Assembly: GCA_036172245.1 (NCBI GenBank)
Contig: JAYWIR010000015.1
Span: forward strand, 1,178,001-1,242,000
Length of the DNA stretch: 64,000 nucleotides
DNA from: Raillietiella orientalis
Lineage: Eukaryota
Direction of reading: 5' to 3'
Shown here: in pieces, positions 25,815 to 40,404 of the stretch
How positions within the stretch are numbered: position 1 is the first letter of the stretch
How the letters are laid out: each line of letters starts with the position of its first letter
Program-made: the position numbers and the translations under genes
Notes under the pieces: model-generated
Database searches by the model: none
Told to the model about the DNA's origin: nothing
The model's input: the letters and a program-made list of their open reading frames with translations, nothing else

Positions 25815-27610
25815 AGCGTTGGCCAAATCAAGAATGCCGACATCTCGAAAGATTATGAAAAGTAAATGTATGTGCTTATTATTCACATTAATAAACACAT
25901 ATATGTATTAGCATGCAAATTTATTTTAGCATAGGAACTTATCAACACACATAAATATTAATACAATGTACAATATGCATCAATATACTATTGATAAGCA
26001 TATTAAAGATTATAAATATATATTTATTATATATATTAATATACGTTTACATACATAATAAACATATTTAAAACGAAAACATAAATATCGAATTATAAAA
26101 AATAAAAAATAATGGTGGTAATAATGAACGAAACTCTTCTCAGTAAGCGACGAATTCCATTTTCGGGATTTTGATCATTTGATAAATATATCTGTTTATA
26201 ATTCAATATTTATTATATATATAAATAAATATACATATAATCAGTATATAATTTATTTTTTTTATATTTTTTTTATAATTGGGGATTCTGAGCGGAACCT
26301 GAAATCCATTCGTAGGGAAACGGAATCAGAAGAACACGAACATGCGAACGTCGCCACGGAAAACTCATTTTCCTTCTATTCATCTTCCATCTAAATGAGA
26401 CACGAACTTTTGCCAGTCAGGGGACGAGCGTAGCAGCACCACCCCAGGGTCACTTTCCACCATCCGTCAGCATTTGCCCTCCGTAGGAGCTCCAAAAGCG
26501 CTTTGGACAGTCCGGTGCTCTTCGGTTGTGCAAGAGCCATCTGCGTCTTTTCCTTCGTGCCCGAAGATAACGCATCCACTTAAAATGGGGCGTGTGGGGA
26601 GGAAGTGATTCTTGGGTCTTGGAACCGCACCTGGGGACTTTCTTTTTCGTAGCCCCAGGAGACACTCGAATCGCGTGTCCTCCGCAAAGTCCAGAGGGAT
26701 GCGGTTCAGAACTCCATACGATCATCAGGAATAATCGCTTGTGACTTACTCTGTGCAGATCCGTATAGAAATTTATTTCAGCTTCCAGTCCTTCCGTATG
26801 ATTAGCGTACAATCTATTGATATAATTAATAAGGTGTTGATTATGGCATTGATAAGTATATATTAAAGATTATTAAAATATTTCATATATTAATACACAT
26901 ATTTGTATAGAAAGATATATCACAAAAAGTAAGCGTACGTACTTATTATAAATAATAGCATATATATTTATGTATAGATTAATGTACAAATTTATTTTAA
27001 CATATTCAGTTACAATATTGCTTGTTAACATATATATTATTAATCATATATAGCCATTAACATTTATTCATATACGTTCTATCAACAAGTCCTTGCATTA
27101 TATTATTGATATACAATTAAAGATTACAAAAAAATATATATATAAATATGAAATGAATATGTCGAATTTTTTAAAAAATAAAAAAAATATGGCTGCCTCT
27201 TGCGTTGGCTACACGCGCGACATCTATTGGATGGAATGGACGATTGCCGGATGACGTCCCAAACCTGAGACGGCCTCATGAAGAAGAGGAGACCTTGGAC
27301 AAGGAGGAAGACCTAGCCGAAATGCAGCGCACAGGACGTCCCGATGAGTGCAACCTGCTGCTGTGGCATCCCCGCAACTTCAATGACCTGGAAGGAAGAA
27401 TGGAGGAGACCTTCCCCACTTCATTTCTACTACTGGTGCAGTTAACTTGCATTATAAAACGGAAGTAATGCATATGTACATATGTGTGTACATTTCTATC
27501 TATCTATCTATATATACATGGCACTTGCATTTTTCGGTATTTTCAAAGTGTACATATATAATAAGCATATACATATTTTAATGATCTTTTGGGATTTTAA
27601 TCGGCACTGG
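25815..27610. mobile_element. Cluster of AT-rich Mutator(MULE)-like TIR elements with possible transposase remnants
   Basis: TIR-like ends ggccaaatcaagaatgccgacatctcgaaagatt (~25821), ttttcgggattttgatc (~26160) and tttgggattttaatcggcac (~27590) are related to 31975-32270. AT-rich interiors share tattaaagattat. LWHPRNFNDLEGR at ~27360 resembles the MULE PRTNNxxEG motif. Confidence 0.45.
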
Positions 27611-28724
27611 CAGTAGCCAAAGCGGAAAGGCAGCAGCGAGAACTCGGTGGGATGGCGGCGGGCAGAGGTGATCAGCGGCTCTCAATGCCGCACATGGAAG
27701 AAGGAAAAGTCTTCTGAACTCTGAACCCAGTAATCTTCCTCAAGATTCTGATCACTGGCTCAAGTGTGAAGAGAAAAAGATTTTCTCATACTTCTAACTC
27801 AGGGGCACCGATTCGAGGACTCCGATAATTATCCGGCCTCTTTACTCCCGTGATGCACCTCCCCTTAACAAAGTTTCTTGCGTATCCTCTTGGAGCTCTC
27901 TCCGAAGATCGATGCATCGACAACCACTGAGGAGGAGATGTCTTCTCGCGTTAATTCTGACGATTCTTGTTTTCAACTTCACCTTTCCAAGTGGAAAGCC
28001 TCGAGCGCAGCTGCTTTTATTATCAATCTCAGGAATTCTTATCTGCTTTTATTATTCTTAGGGAACCCGTAGTGTATCGAATGGTTAAGAGTGGTCTCCA
28101 GATATTGCATTTTTTTTCTTAAAGGCTCGTTGCTGGCCATTTCAGGCGTGTCTTCTGCATATTTTTCTGTTGCTCCAGTGGAGAGTTCCCCAGAAGCAAC
28201 ACAGCCTCCGTCGTGAGTTCCGGTTCTTTTTGTTTTTGGTACCAAAACTTCACTGATGTCAGCTGCTTTGTGATTGCCTGATCGGCAACCGAGCTTTGGG
28301 ATGCGGCTGGCCACGCCGGCCATTTCTTTAATGGAAGACTGGCAGCCAGGTACCCGGTGCTGCAGGCGGACTCCATCCTATGGAGTGCGGGAGGGAACCA
28401 GCGTTCTGACCATCCTTCTGCCCGCAATCTTAAATCTCTCAACGCCAGCTGGGTGGGAAGGATTCTGTGAGGAAGGAGGTCCACCCAGCTTGACTTCTGG
28501 AGGCGCAGACATCTTGTAATCCTAGTCTGGGTCTCCTGTTGCCCCACAGGGTCTTTCGTAGCATTGGGCTCTGGCATCTCTCTGCAGCGGTGGGGATGCG
28601 TGAAACAAAAAACAGTGGTCTCATCCTGGGGACCACAAACGTGTCCCGAATGGCCCCTCGCTTGGACAAGAGAGACCTGCCACCCTCGAAGGAAGCGAGT
28701 GCCTTGGAGATCAACTCGGTTCCC

Positions 28725-29400
28725 AGCCGGATGCACCGGGACGTTTCTTAAACTTTAAAAGAAACTCATATGTTGTGTTAGGACATGTAGTCCTACCGTA
28801 CTGAGTTTGTCCACGGACCTGTCGTGTCGCCGGTGCGCAGACTGTCGGGGCTGACCTCGACAGCGGAGGGCGAGGAGGAAAAAACAAAAAGAAAAGAATA
28901 GAGTAAATAAAAATCTTCGGGAGAGTCGGGAAGAGATCATTGTCTACTTGAGGGAGTCCTCTGCATCCTTTCTTGGATGCCAGCTGGGTCCGTCCGAATA
29001 GTCCTAGGTGGGGCCACCTGGATGCTGCCATCCGCAGAAAGCGAACTGCGGGCTGGAACGGAGTCCCTCTCGTTTCTTCCTCTGTCGGCTTCGCTCTCCA
29101 AACCGCCACGATCCCGCGGATACAGCAAAGCGCTGCTGGGGCTATGGCTAGCCTCAGGGTCTCCTGCAGAAAGAGGAGCCGTGAAACATCCCTGGGGGAG
29201 TCAAGCGGGATCCGAAGGGTCGTTCCGAAACGTTCCAATAGGAGCCGGAGGGCAACACCTTCTCGAAGGGTGCAAACCATTCTTCCTCACAGTCCTCATT
29301 GGATACTGCATAAGAGGCAGAGCTGGCACTTACGTTCTTGGATATTTCAAAGAATTTAGAGGAGGAAGTGCGCCGAGTTCCTGCGAAGTTCCATCAAGGG
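28725..29400 (-). mobile_element. 5'-truncated L1/Tx1-like LINE 3' end
   Basis: Minus frame IVAVWRAK...AVRFLRMAASRWPHLG, then a pyrimidine-rich UTR and the terminal aagaaacgtcccggtgcatccgg. Homologous to 38058-38930, 31496-31870 and ~44600-44960. Confidence 0.6.
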
Positions 29401-30489
29401 TACTCAGTACTCAGCAAGGCAATCTCAAAGAGGGAACAGGAAACGGAGGGACATGACTGTTAGCATGGATGAAGTATTAGAAAGAGCATACTGAAAGAAA
29501 AGGGAGACTTCAAGGCTCGGAGAAAGAGGAAAACCTGGATAGTCCATAGGACTAGGACGGTCGAGGTCACGAGAGCGGTTTGAGGGAATGAGCCTTAACC
29601 GTAAGTTGTGGCTGTGGGATGCAGCAACCTCTCTCCTCTGTGCAGCCGAAATTCTTGCCATATCCGCATTTCTTTTGAGTGGCTACCTTTCTCTAGAATG
29701 GTGGTTGCCCCGTCCCCTCATTCGGTGAAGATCCGGGAGCAGAGCCTCCTGAGGAATTATCCCTCATCAGCTGGAGAAGAGATGCTTGCGATTGCTCGAG
29801 TGAAAGCTCTCTCTAAAAGAGTTTGCTTCCCCAGTGCGCTTCTTGTAACTGACAGCAGAGCTTCTTTCCGACTCGGCCTCCAAGTCATTTTCTGCTCCAT
29901 AGAAATCGGCAGTAACTTTGGATTCCATGCTCCACGGAGGCATCTCGAGCTGTTTCCACGGTGACCTAGGCTTCCTGTCTTCTCGCCGATGAGATGTTAA
30001 TGGGCACAAAAGTCCATTGAAAACAAGTCGGGCTTAGCAGGCAGTGTTGTCTCGTTTGGCCTTCGTTTGTGCTGTTGTCGACAAGTAAGCATCACGGCTG
30101 GTCCTCCATTGTTTTCACGATTCCACGACGTTTTGTAAACTGTTTCGTAAGTTTGGTGACACGCAGGGGGAGAGAAGGGGTGAGGGGATGTCAGACGTCC
30201 CGAGCGCTGAAGTGCTTTTCGCCGTGCTCGCAGCTCTACAATTCCCCGTGCGCTTCAATTGCTTTGCCGTTTGCAGCGTCGCCATCACATCTTGAGCTCC
30301 TGGGTCTTACCAACGAATTTCAATTGTGTCTGAAGAAAAGTGGCTGTGGATTCTGTGAGCGAGGAACCATGGAGAGGGGAGTAATTTGGCTTTCATTTAC
30401 AACAGTCGATTCTTGCACGGCGACTCAGCCTTCAATATGGGGCTCCACCTCCCTAAACCCTTCCTTTCACTGTGATCCCTTCTTTTGCC

Positions 30490-31100
30490 CCACAGTTTAA
30501 AAAACAATGGTTTTTTTCTTTTGTTTTTATTTTATTTTATTTTATTTTCTCCCTTCGCATTTTCTCCTGTACGGAGCGTCTGAGCAGCCTGCTCGCGGGC
30601 AGAGACGCTTCCTGAGCGCGGACTACGAAGAAGAACTTTTCTTTGGTTTTCCTTTTAACTGTTTACATCTAAGTGAATTCTAGAATAAACTCCCCGGAAT
30701 GTCCTTCTAATCCCGGACAGCCGGATCAGCGATTTAAAATAAATAAACAAAAGTGAATACACCAGTTAGAGACCGGCATGTGTCCGCCCGGACCATAGAG
30801 GACAGAAGGAAAAATAGAAGGAGGAACAATAAATAAATCAATGAATAGGGATGGAGTGGTATGGAACGGCTCCGTGGTACGCAGCACGGTTCCCGAAGGC
30901 CTGCGCGGGATTAGAGAGGGATGGAAGGAATGCTCTCACCGGTTGCTCCTGCTTACGGTCGCCCGAAAGGTTACCCGCTAACCTCACATCCCGGATGGGG
31001 CCGTTTTGTCGCACTTTGCATGCAGGCAGCGGCGATAGCAAACGGCCATCCGGGAAGGCGATCCCGTTCCTTATTTCGGCTGTCGCCGCTGAATTTGAGC
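30490..31100. mobile_element. Two LINE 3' ends joined tail to tail (+ 30490-30700; - 30710-31100)
   Basis: The plus copy ends in aataaactccccgg. The minus copy ends in ccggctgtccggg and carries the WPHLG-like block (plus-strand cccggatggggccg at ~30990). Confidence 0.45.
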
Positions 31101-31495
31101 CTCCTTCGTTATGAGTCGGATGATCATTAATCCCATCCGTCTTAATATGCCCAATGCTTTGGTGCTACTTGAGGAGCTGGCGGCATTTTCATCGCCAGAC
31201 GGGGCTCGTTTCGCGGTCTTCACAGACGTTCGGAGCGTTCAAGAAAGACTTGGCCAACACTTTATCTGCAGAGCCGAAGATAGCTGGCAGGCATCTTTTT
31301 TGCTCTTATCTTCCAGCCTCAGCAGGTTGCCTAAGCATGAGCTGGAGTTTCGCGTTTGTGACGTCACGATGATCGACTTGCAAGAGCAGCTGTTTACAAG
31401 AGTTTGCTCGTGTCAGAGACCATTCATACACGATGCACTGATCCGTGTTTCGAAAGTGATTGAAGTGTACACCACAAGTTTGCCTATGGTGTGGG

Positions 31496-31870
31496 TTTAG
31501 CACCCGGGTGAGCCGGGTCGTCTATTTTAAAAATAAACAAACCTGGGTGGGCCATCGGCCCTACAACGTCCTAGAATTTTGGGAATTGCCGAGTGACTAG
31601 CACGCAGGCCAGCGAGGTTCGACTCGGCAGCGGAGGCTGAAGGGGTAAATAAAAATAAAACAAAAAACACTATATACAAAAACATGAGAGAGTTAAGAAA
31701 GGAATCACATTCCTCTGGAGGCCGTTCTCTGCATCCTGTTCAGGATGCCGGCAAGTTCCATCTGAGTATGCCCCAGATGGGGTCATCTGGCTGCCGTCCT
31801 CATGAAGCGCAGGAAGAAGCAAATGGCGTCCCTATCGCGCCGTCCTTCTCTTGCGTAGGTTCCCTGCTGA
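31496..31870 (-). mobile_element. 5'-truncated L1/Tx1-like LINE 3' end
   Basis: Block ctctgcatcctg...ccccagatggggtcatctgg is shared with ~28960 and ~38295. Terminal aatagacgacccggctcacccgggtg on the minus strand. Confidence 0.6.
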
Positions 31871-31974
31871 GATTCCCCAACTTCCACATTCAGTTTTTGT
31901 TTAACTAGCTGAAGGTGTAAACAAGAAAATTTTTCTTCAGATACACCATTTGGGAAAAGATAACCGTAGACCCA

Positions 31975-32270
31975 GTTGGTTCAAATTCCCGCATGTCGAA
32001 ATCTCGAAAGATCATTAGAAACAAGTATAGGTGCTTATTGTATATATTAATATACAAATTGATATACAAATTTATTTTTTACATGCACATTTATTAATAT
32101 CTATTAGCATGCACACTATTAATACAATTAATATACATATTAAAGATCATGAAACCATATAGATATATATGTTCTTAATTCGATATTCATATATTTATTA
32201 TATATATTAAACATATGTGTTCATTTTTGTATGATTTTCGACATTTTGACATCCGGAATTTTGATCGCCA
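31975..32270. mobile_element. AT-rich non-autonomous TIR element (MULE-like MITE)
   Basis: Left end ggttcaaattcccgcatgtcgaaatctcgaaagatcat pairs with the reverse complement of the right end, ggcgatcaaaattccggatgtcaaaatgtcgaaaatcat. Confidence 0.65.
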
Positions 32271-35200
32271 CCTCTGCAGGTCACTGGAAGGATGCCACCC
32301 TGACTGCACGCTTACGTGAGTGGGAGCGTTGTGTACTTAACGTTCCGGCGGGGATGAGACATTGAAGAAAAACCCAGTTAGCCCATTTGTTGTTGTTGTT
32401 GACTATCTAATTCGGTATTCAGAAGAAGATAGCACAGTTGCCAGAAGCGCAGGAAAACTCGGCATGTACCACAGTGGAATCGGAGACTGGTTTCAGCATC
32501 TTCCCTTCCTCCTTTTCCTCCAACGTGCATTGTGATCAATTCTAGTTCCTTGCATTCTCTGCTTTCTCTATTCCCACCTGTTCTCTGTCAACGTAAGCTT
32601 GAGCTGGTCTTTTCAGCACCAACACATGGCTACTCTCCCTTTTTTTTTTTTTTCACCAGATTTCTTGCAAAAGCAGCAAACTGCAAACCGTGGTCTCCAA
32701 CGGGGCGGTATCGGCTTCTTCCGTTGGTGTTTCTTCGGTCCAGTTTTCGCAATCAGCTATTACCCTAAGCGATACGTCCGTCTGCGATTAGTTAGTCTGC
32801 AGCTCGCTTCCTCGAAATTTGAAAAGATTTCGATTTTCTTTTCTTCCCTGATGATTCGTGGAGCCCAAAACTGATGGCTAGGAGACGAATTCCTATGAAC
32901 GGCATGGCTGAAACTTTCCGCTGCTTTTGCGCAGGAAAGGGAAAAGGAAACCAGACTCAAGTCAAATATTGAGCCACTGTGCATCATCCACGTTAGCGCA
33001 TCCGGTTTTTCCTTCTAGGGATTCCTTGCGGGGAGTATATGCCGTCTAAGCTCCTCACGTTCCAGCTCTGCAATCAACGGTGGACAAAGCATTGCTGTTG
33101 TGAAGAGGTTTTCCAGAAGCCCGGATTGCCGAACCAACTTTCGTTCCATAGGTACCTCTGGACTGCCCCTCAGCAAACCGTCTTGTGAGTTTCATCCGAC
33201 TGGCTTTCGGAGGAACTCGCTCTGTGGCTGAAGATGTGCTCGGCCCCTGGAGGAGAAGGAACACGTCCATAATCTGGAACAAGTGAAAATAGCGGATGGA
33301 TTGCCGCATTTTTTATGCTAAGGGTGTCGCGGCATCCCTGCCGGCGTGTTTGGGTATTCTTGGTCTCCTGTCGTGGATCCTTGCGCTCATATACCGACTA
33401 GGTAGGGAAATGAAGATGATAAAACATAGAATAAACAGAATATACCTTCTTCAATGTCTGTTTTTCAGTTAAGAATCTGCATCTCTCTGATTCTTGCACT
33501 TTTTTTTCGGCCACTATAAGCTTAGCTTCCGTTTTTGCCGAATACTTCCCGCAAACCTTTCTTGTTCTTGTGAACGACGTCAGCACGAACGTTTGCGTCT
33601 ACCCGAATCACCTTGAAGCTATAATATCACTTAACATAGAGGATCTTCCTGTTCTTGAAGGCTCCATCGTGCTCTGCAATGCCACCCCTGGCGTCGGCAT
33701 TTTGAATCAGCTGTTCGTGAAGAGTCCACGAATGTTTCAGCGTTCCACTGCACCTAAGTGCTGTCCATGTCATCACAAGCCATTCCAAGCACCACAAGGT
33801 GGTTCGCTTACTGGTGATTCGGAAAGGAAAGCAGGAGTTCTCAGCTAAGGGCATGAGATGCTTCTTGGTTGAGAACCTTCCCCTCCCCTCTCCCATCACG
33901 GAACTTCACTCACTTGACTGAGGAAGGACGATTCTCTGTGCCACAAGGCATAAAGAGGGAGGAAGAAGAGAACTTCAGGAATGCGTGATGGCTTGGGTTG
34001 ACTTTCTTTCCCTCCTCTCTCCCCTGGGAGCATCCCGTTGGGGAATCTTGCTCTGTCCCGGAGCTTCGAGACCATTTTGCAGAAAGTCCACTTCATTGAC
34101 AATGCTGCCTTTCCAGCGACATTTGGTGCGGAGCTCTGATTGCTGACCTCTCCCGTTTTGGCAGAACTTTGCTGTCGCCACCGGTGCTAGATGTCTCCCT
34201 TTCTGTAAGTTGCCGTTGCCTTGGCAACCAACCAACGCGAACGCTTCCTCTTCTTCGGATCTTCCACTCTGAGCCACAAGAATCGAGTGGGCTACTCTGG
34301 GAAAGGATCTTCCATGGTGGAAATTTCCATCTCTGGAACTTTCCGCCTTCGATCTTCAGCTCGAGGGAGGCAAGGCCTCAATGCTAGGGCACGCCTTCCC
34401 AGCGCTGAACGATCCATTCCAGGGCTCCTCCATGGCTTGGAATCCACTTCACCGCATCTCCATGCGTAGGATGTCCTTCATTCATAGCGAGCGGAAACCA
34501 AACTCTCGTCCTGGTTCTCCTTAAAAAGGGAAGGGGTGAATGCGTTCATTAGGGAAGGATTTGATTTGTAGCTCTGGCAACACTGTAGGAACTGAAGCGT
34601 GCTTCAAAATTCCAGGCTCGCTCTGGCCGAACGGTGCGTGTGAAATCACCTTTATTGCCATCGACCGCACCCCGTGGAAGCAACAGAACAGGGGAAAAGA
34701 CGAAACCTGATTTGGGGACTTGGCTTGCAACGTAAATCTCAATGCGTTTCCAAAATCGCACGTTGGTTTCGTCATTCACGTAGCCGTTGTGAGGCACTTG
34801 TGTTCGTATCTTTCCAGCTAGGATTGCCACCATCAGTGCAATCGAGGATTCCAGAGCAGCTGTCCATAGCGCACTCCACGTTGAAGAGTGGTTGCTGGAT
34901 GGCAACGTGACTTCCGTGCACATGTTCAAGAGGAAGGTGGTCATGAGAGCATGGCTTGTAATTTTCGGGAAAGACCCACAGGGCTTTGTGGTTTCATAGC
35001 TACCACCTACATCATCAAAAATCAAAGGCGTAAAAATGGATGGAGAAAACGACCTCCATTCCATTTGCTGCCGCATTTCAAATTTTTAGAAACCGCCGAA
35101 AATTCAGGTAACATCTCGGTTAAAGATAAACAGAGAAACACATCTGTTCCGGAACCCATCTTTTGCGTAAAAGTTGCGCAAACCATCTCTGGAAAAGTCT

Positions 35201-35284
35201 CAGATGTCTGTTTCCGGCTCACCGGGTTATCAAATTTTCCCATACCTTACGCACTTACGATGGCATTGATAAAACTAAATTGAA

Positions 35285-35319
35285 TATTTATTGGAAAATA
35301 GCTACGAACAGGGTCAGTT
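35285..35319 (+). promoter_or_regulatory. Candidate core promoter of cathepsin L (TATA-like element plus arthropod Inr TCAGTT)
   Basis: TATTTATT at 35285 lies about 31 nt upstream of the A of TCAGTT (35314-35319), roughly 90 nt before the ATG. Confidence 0.35.
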
Positions 35320-35403
35320 GTGGTACTTAGAGCAAATTCAGAAGACCTGATTCTGGACTCATTCCTCCTTACAAGTGGCGTCTCTATTCCTCAAATAAGA
35401 AAA

Positions 35404-37439
<2,036 letters not shown>

Positions 37440-38057
37440 TGCTGTTAATAAATATAGTGACGCCTTAGTTGGAGAAGACAATCTCGGACTGTGTGCACAG
37501 CCGTTTCCAGAATGCTGAAATGATGTCATGGGATTGTGAAAAGCGGCAAATACATGTGGGCTTCTCTCAGCTTCTCACACTTTTCCTTTTGACTGAAACC
37601 CAACACATAGGTACGACGTCTCCCAGGATCACTGAAGACGGCCTCCTTCAACCTTAGCCGGCCTACTCTTCCTACACACCACACTTTTGAGCCAAAAGGC
37701 AAAAGGCGTGAAGATCGGAATCGAAAAAAACACTTCGAGGGACGCTTTCAATTCACAAGCTGATTGCTGGCTTTCTTTTCTCCTATTTGTATTTTTTTTA
37801 ATATTTTTATTTGAAGTAGGCTGCGTGCGACTGCAGAGGCGCTTCACAATCCACCTCCTTCCTCAGTTTCTTTTCTGCGCCTTCTGAAAATTTCATTCTT
37901 CCCGTTTCTTCTGCTGAGTCCGCGAGCGATGCCCGAATGTGACCGGCAGATACCCGTTCCAACTCTGGGAACTCGGCTCTACCTGTTCTGTAGATTCCAA
38001 CTGTTCCAAGAGGTCCGCTGTCTTGTAGATCTCTCTTAGCTTTGAACTAGGATGATT

Positions 38058-38930
38058 ATCACCCTGTTATGTCTGGACATTTATTACGGAAAGTAATTAA
38101 AATGAACTGGTTCTACCACGTGCGATGAACTTGACGACGAGCGGTCCGCAGTCCAGCGAGGTCCGCTTCGGCAGTGTGGGGGAAGGGGAAACAAAAACAA
38201 AAAACACATAAACACACAAAACAGGAGAGGGAAAATTGACACGGGAAGGAAGGGAGGAGAGTGAGAAAGGCATCACAGTACGCTGCCAGACGTCCTCTGC
38301 ATCCTGCTCAAGATGTTCTCTCCTTGTCTCGCCCAGGTGGGGCCATCTCGAGGCGGTCTTCAGGAAGATCCGCGATGGAGTCCCAGTGGATGGAGTCCCT
38401 GCCATTTCACCCTCTTCTGCTGGTATTCTTCTTCTCCGTGATCCCGCGAAGACAGCATAGGACTTCAAGGGACGCGGCTGGCGGCAGTGCGGGACCACGC
38501 ACGAAAAGGCGTTTGAAAATGTCCCTAGGGCTGCCCGCCGGGATACCCAGGATTGTCGCGAGACGATCCCAAAGGGCTCAGAGTGTAGTACAGCCCAACA
38601 GTGGGTGCGGAAGGGTCTCCTTCTTCCCACACCTGTCGCACTTAGAGGCCACAGTCCCCCCGTGTCCAGTCGTGTCCAGTGGTGAAGGCGCGCTTTGCAC
38701 GGGATTTCCCCAACACCAGCAACTCCAAATCCCGTCACTTGAGGGGAGGGATGCCACTGTTCTAGCACACTGAGGGCCGCTTCACCTCCTCCGGAGGGAT
38801 GTTGAGCAGCTCTTCCCAGAGTAAAAGCCCTCGGGGTAGGGCACTCGGGGTCGCAACGTCCGTGACTTCCCGGGTTGTCAAGGCACTCCAGAAGCTTCTT
38901 CTTGGCTGCTATGTAACAAGTCACTTTCTA
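38058..38930 (-). mobile_element. 5'-truncated L1/Tx1-like LINE 3' end downstream of cathepsin L
   Basis: Minus ORF ...GTPSRIFLKTASRWPHLG..., pyrimidine-rich UTR, terminal taataaatgtccagacataacagggtg. Confidence 0.6.
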
Positions 38931-39164
38931 CCTTGCCGAGATCAAGCGGTCCCTTGCGTCCCTTAGGAAGAAACTAGGGTGATAGAGATCCTTTTGGTTC
39001 CTTCTGTTCTCGCTGTTTCTCCGCCACCTTTTTTTTTTTCCTTTTTCCGGGTTTTTTTTCTTCCTTCTTTTTAATTTGCCAAGTGCTGAAGAATCGTTCG
39101 CCTTTTCAGTGGGAGGCTCAGGAAGCTCTTTGATGCTGCTCATGCCATCCGCGGGTGCGTCTTA

Positions 39165-39625
39165 CTCTTCAGGTTAGAAGGTAACCCAGGAGGGACCATG
39201 CTTGGAATCCAGGAAGGCTCCGGAGGAAAGAGTCCGTTCCTCTTGATCTTGGTAGGAAACCCTCGCCCTTGTTGTCTCCAGAAGGAATCTCTTCCTTACT
39301 CTCTCCAGGGACACCTCTTGGAGGGGGTCACCCCATTATTTCCTTTTCAAAGAGAACCCGGAAAGAATCCGCTCCTGAGCGACCCCGGAAGGGAACCGCT
39401 GCTGGTTTCCTCCTCTGAAGAGAACCCCGAAGGGACTCTTCCAAATTTGTCTGAAGCATCATTCCCCGAAGGAAGCAGCACATTTCTTTATACTCTAGAG
39501 AGGTATCGATCAACCATCTCCATCGTACGCAATGGAGAGTCCCCCGAGGGGGGTGACAGCTGCAGTTTCACAACCTGAGGGGGACCCCGGAGAACTCATC
39601 GATTCCTGGAAGGACCCCGGAATTT
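39165..39625 (-). mobile_element. SINE-like element, copy 3 (body only; head side replaced by a mariner remnant)
   Basis: Colinear with 20745-21140: ctctgaagagaaccccgaagggactcttccaaattt, gagaggtatcgatc, cagtttcacaacc, gattcctggaaggac. Confidence 0.62.
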
Positions 39626-39629
39626 CAGG

Positions 39630-39840
39630 AAGGCGTAGTAGTCACTGGACAGGACTGTGAGGTGGGTGATCAAAAAGTTCCCATTTGAATTTCCGAATTG
39701 TCGGGAATGTGGGGACAGCATATGTCGCCAAGGCGCGCGTTGTCGTGAAGGAGAAGAAGAATCCCTGATCTCAGCATTCCACGTCGTCGGTTCTGAATGG
39801 CACGCTGCAGTGTTGAAAGTGTTTCTACACAGTACACTTG
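39630..39840 (-). mobile_element. Mariner (Tc1/mariner) transposase remnant
   Basis: YCVETLSTLQRAIQNRRRGMLRSGILLLLHDNAR, then frameshifted KFKWELFDHP...SSDYY. These match the mariner HDNARPH and YSPDLAPSDY regions. Confidence 0.8.
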
Positions 39841-40400
39841 TGGAAATGCTCCCGCACCTGCTCTTGGACTGCGGTGTCCTCCAAGGACTGTGGTGGAGAC
39901 TGGCCTCAGCTCTCCTGCACCAGGGGGACACCGCACACTTGATGCGCCGCTTATTCATGCCAGGCGGCCTATCCTTAGGTGCTGTTATTGCAACGGTCTG
40001 TTGCACCCGCGCCATCGACAAGGCCCACCGAGAGCTGGAGAAGCAGGCGATTCGTCGACAGGCCACCGGAATAGCCGACGAGAACATGACGTCGGCTGCC
40101 GAGTGGATCCTTCTTCCAGAAGACGTTAGGAGCGAGATCTCCGACATCCACCGCCGGTTCTGAAGGAAAGGAACGGCCTAAGTCAAAGTCTTTGGTTTCG
40201 ACACCCCTGTTCCCTTTCCTCCCTATATCTTTATTTATATTTTTTATATGTGTATTTGTGTTCCCCTCGCTCCCGTTCCAGACTTTCGGTTTACCAACCT
40301 GCTTGTCAGGGATCCCTCCATTCGTTTTTCTGTGTCCTTTGTCCGGGAACCCTGTTCCCGGGTAGTTTAGTAATAAACGTCCCGGCGCACCCGGGTGAGA
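39840..40400 (+). mobile_element. 5'-truncated L1/Tx1-like LINE 3' end (half of the CCHC finger, stop codon, 3' UTR)
   Basis: VEMLPHLLLDCGVLQGLWW resembles the ExxxHLLxxC...W C-terminal finger of L1-clade ORF2. Stop at 40163, pyrimidine-rich UTR, then AATAAACGTCCCGGCGCACCCGGGT. Confidence 0.65.
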
Positions 40401-40404
40401 AACA

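Noticed and set aside
28960..29070. Recurrent plus-strand peptide PLHP...SPRWGHL as a new protein family
   Set aside because: It is the antisense reading of the LINE ORF2 tail (SRWPHLG); the UTR and 3' motif orientation show the minus strand is the sense strand.
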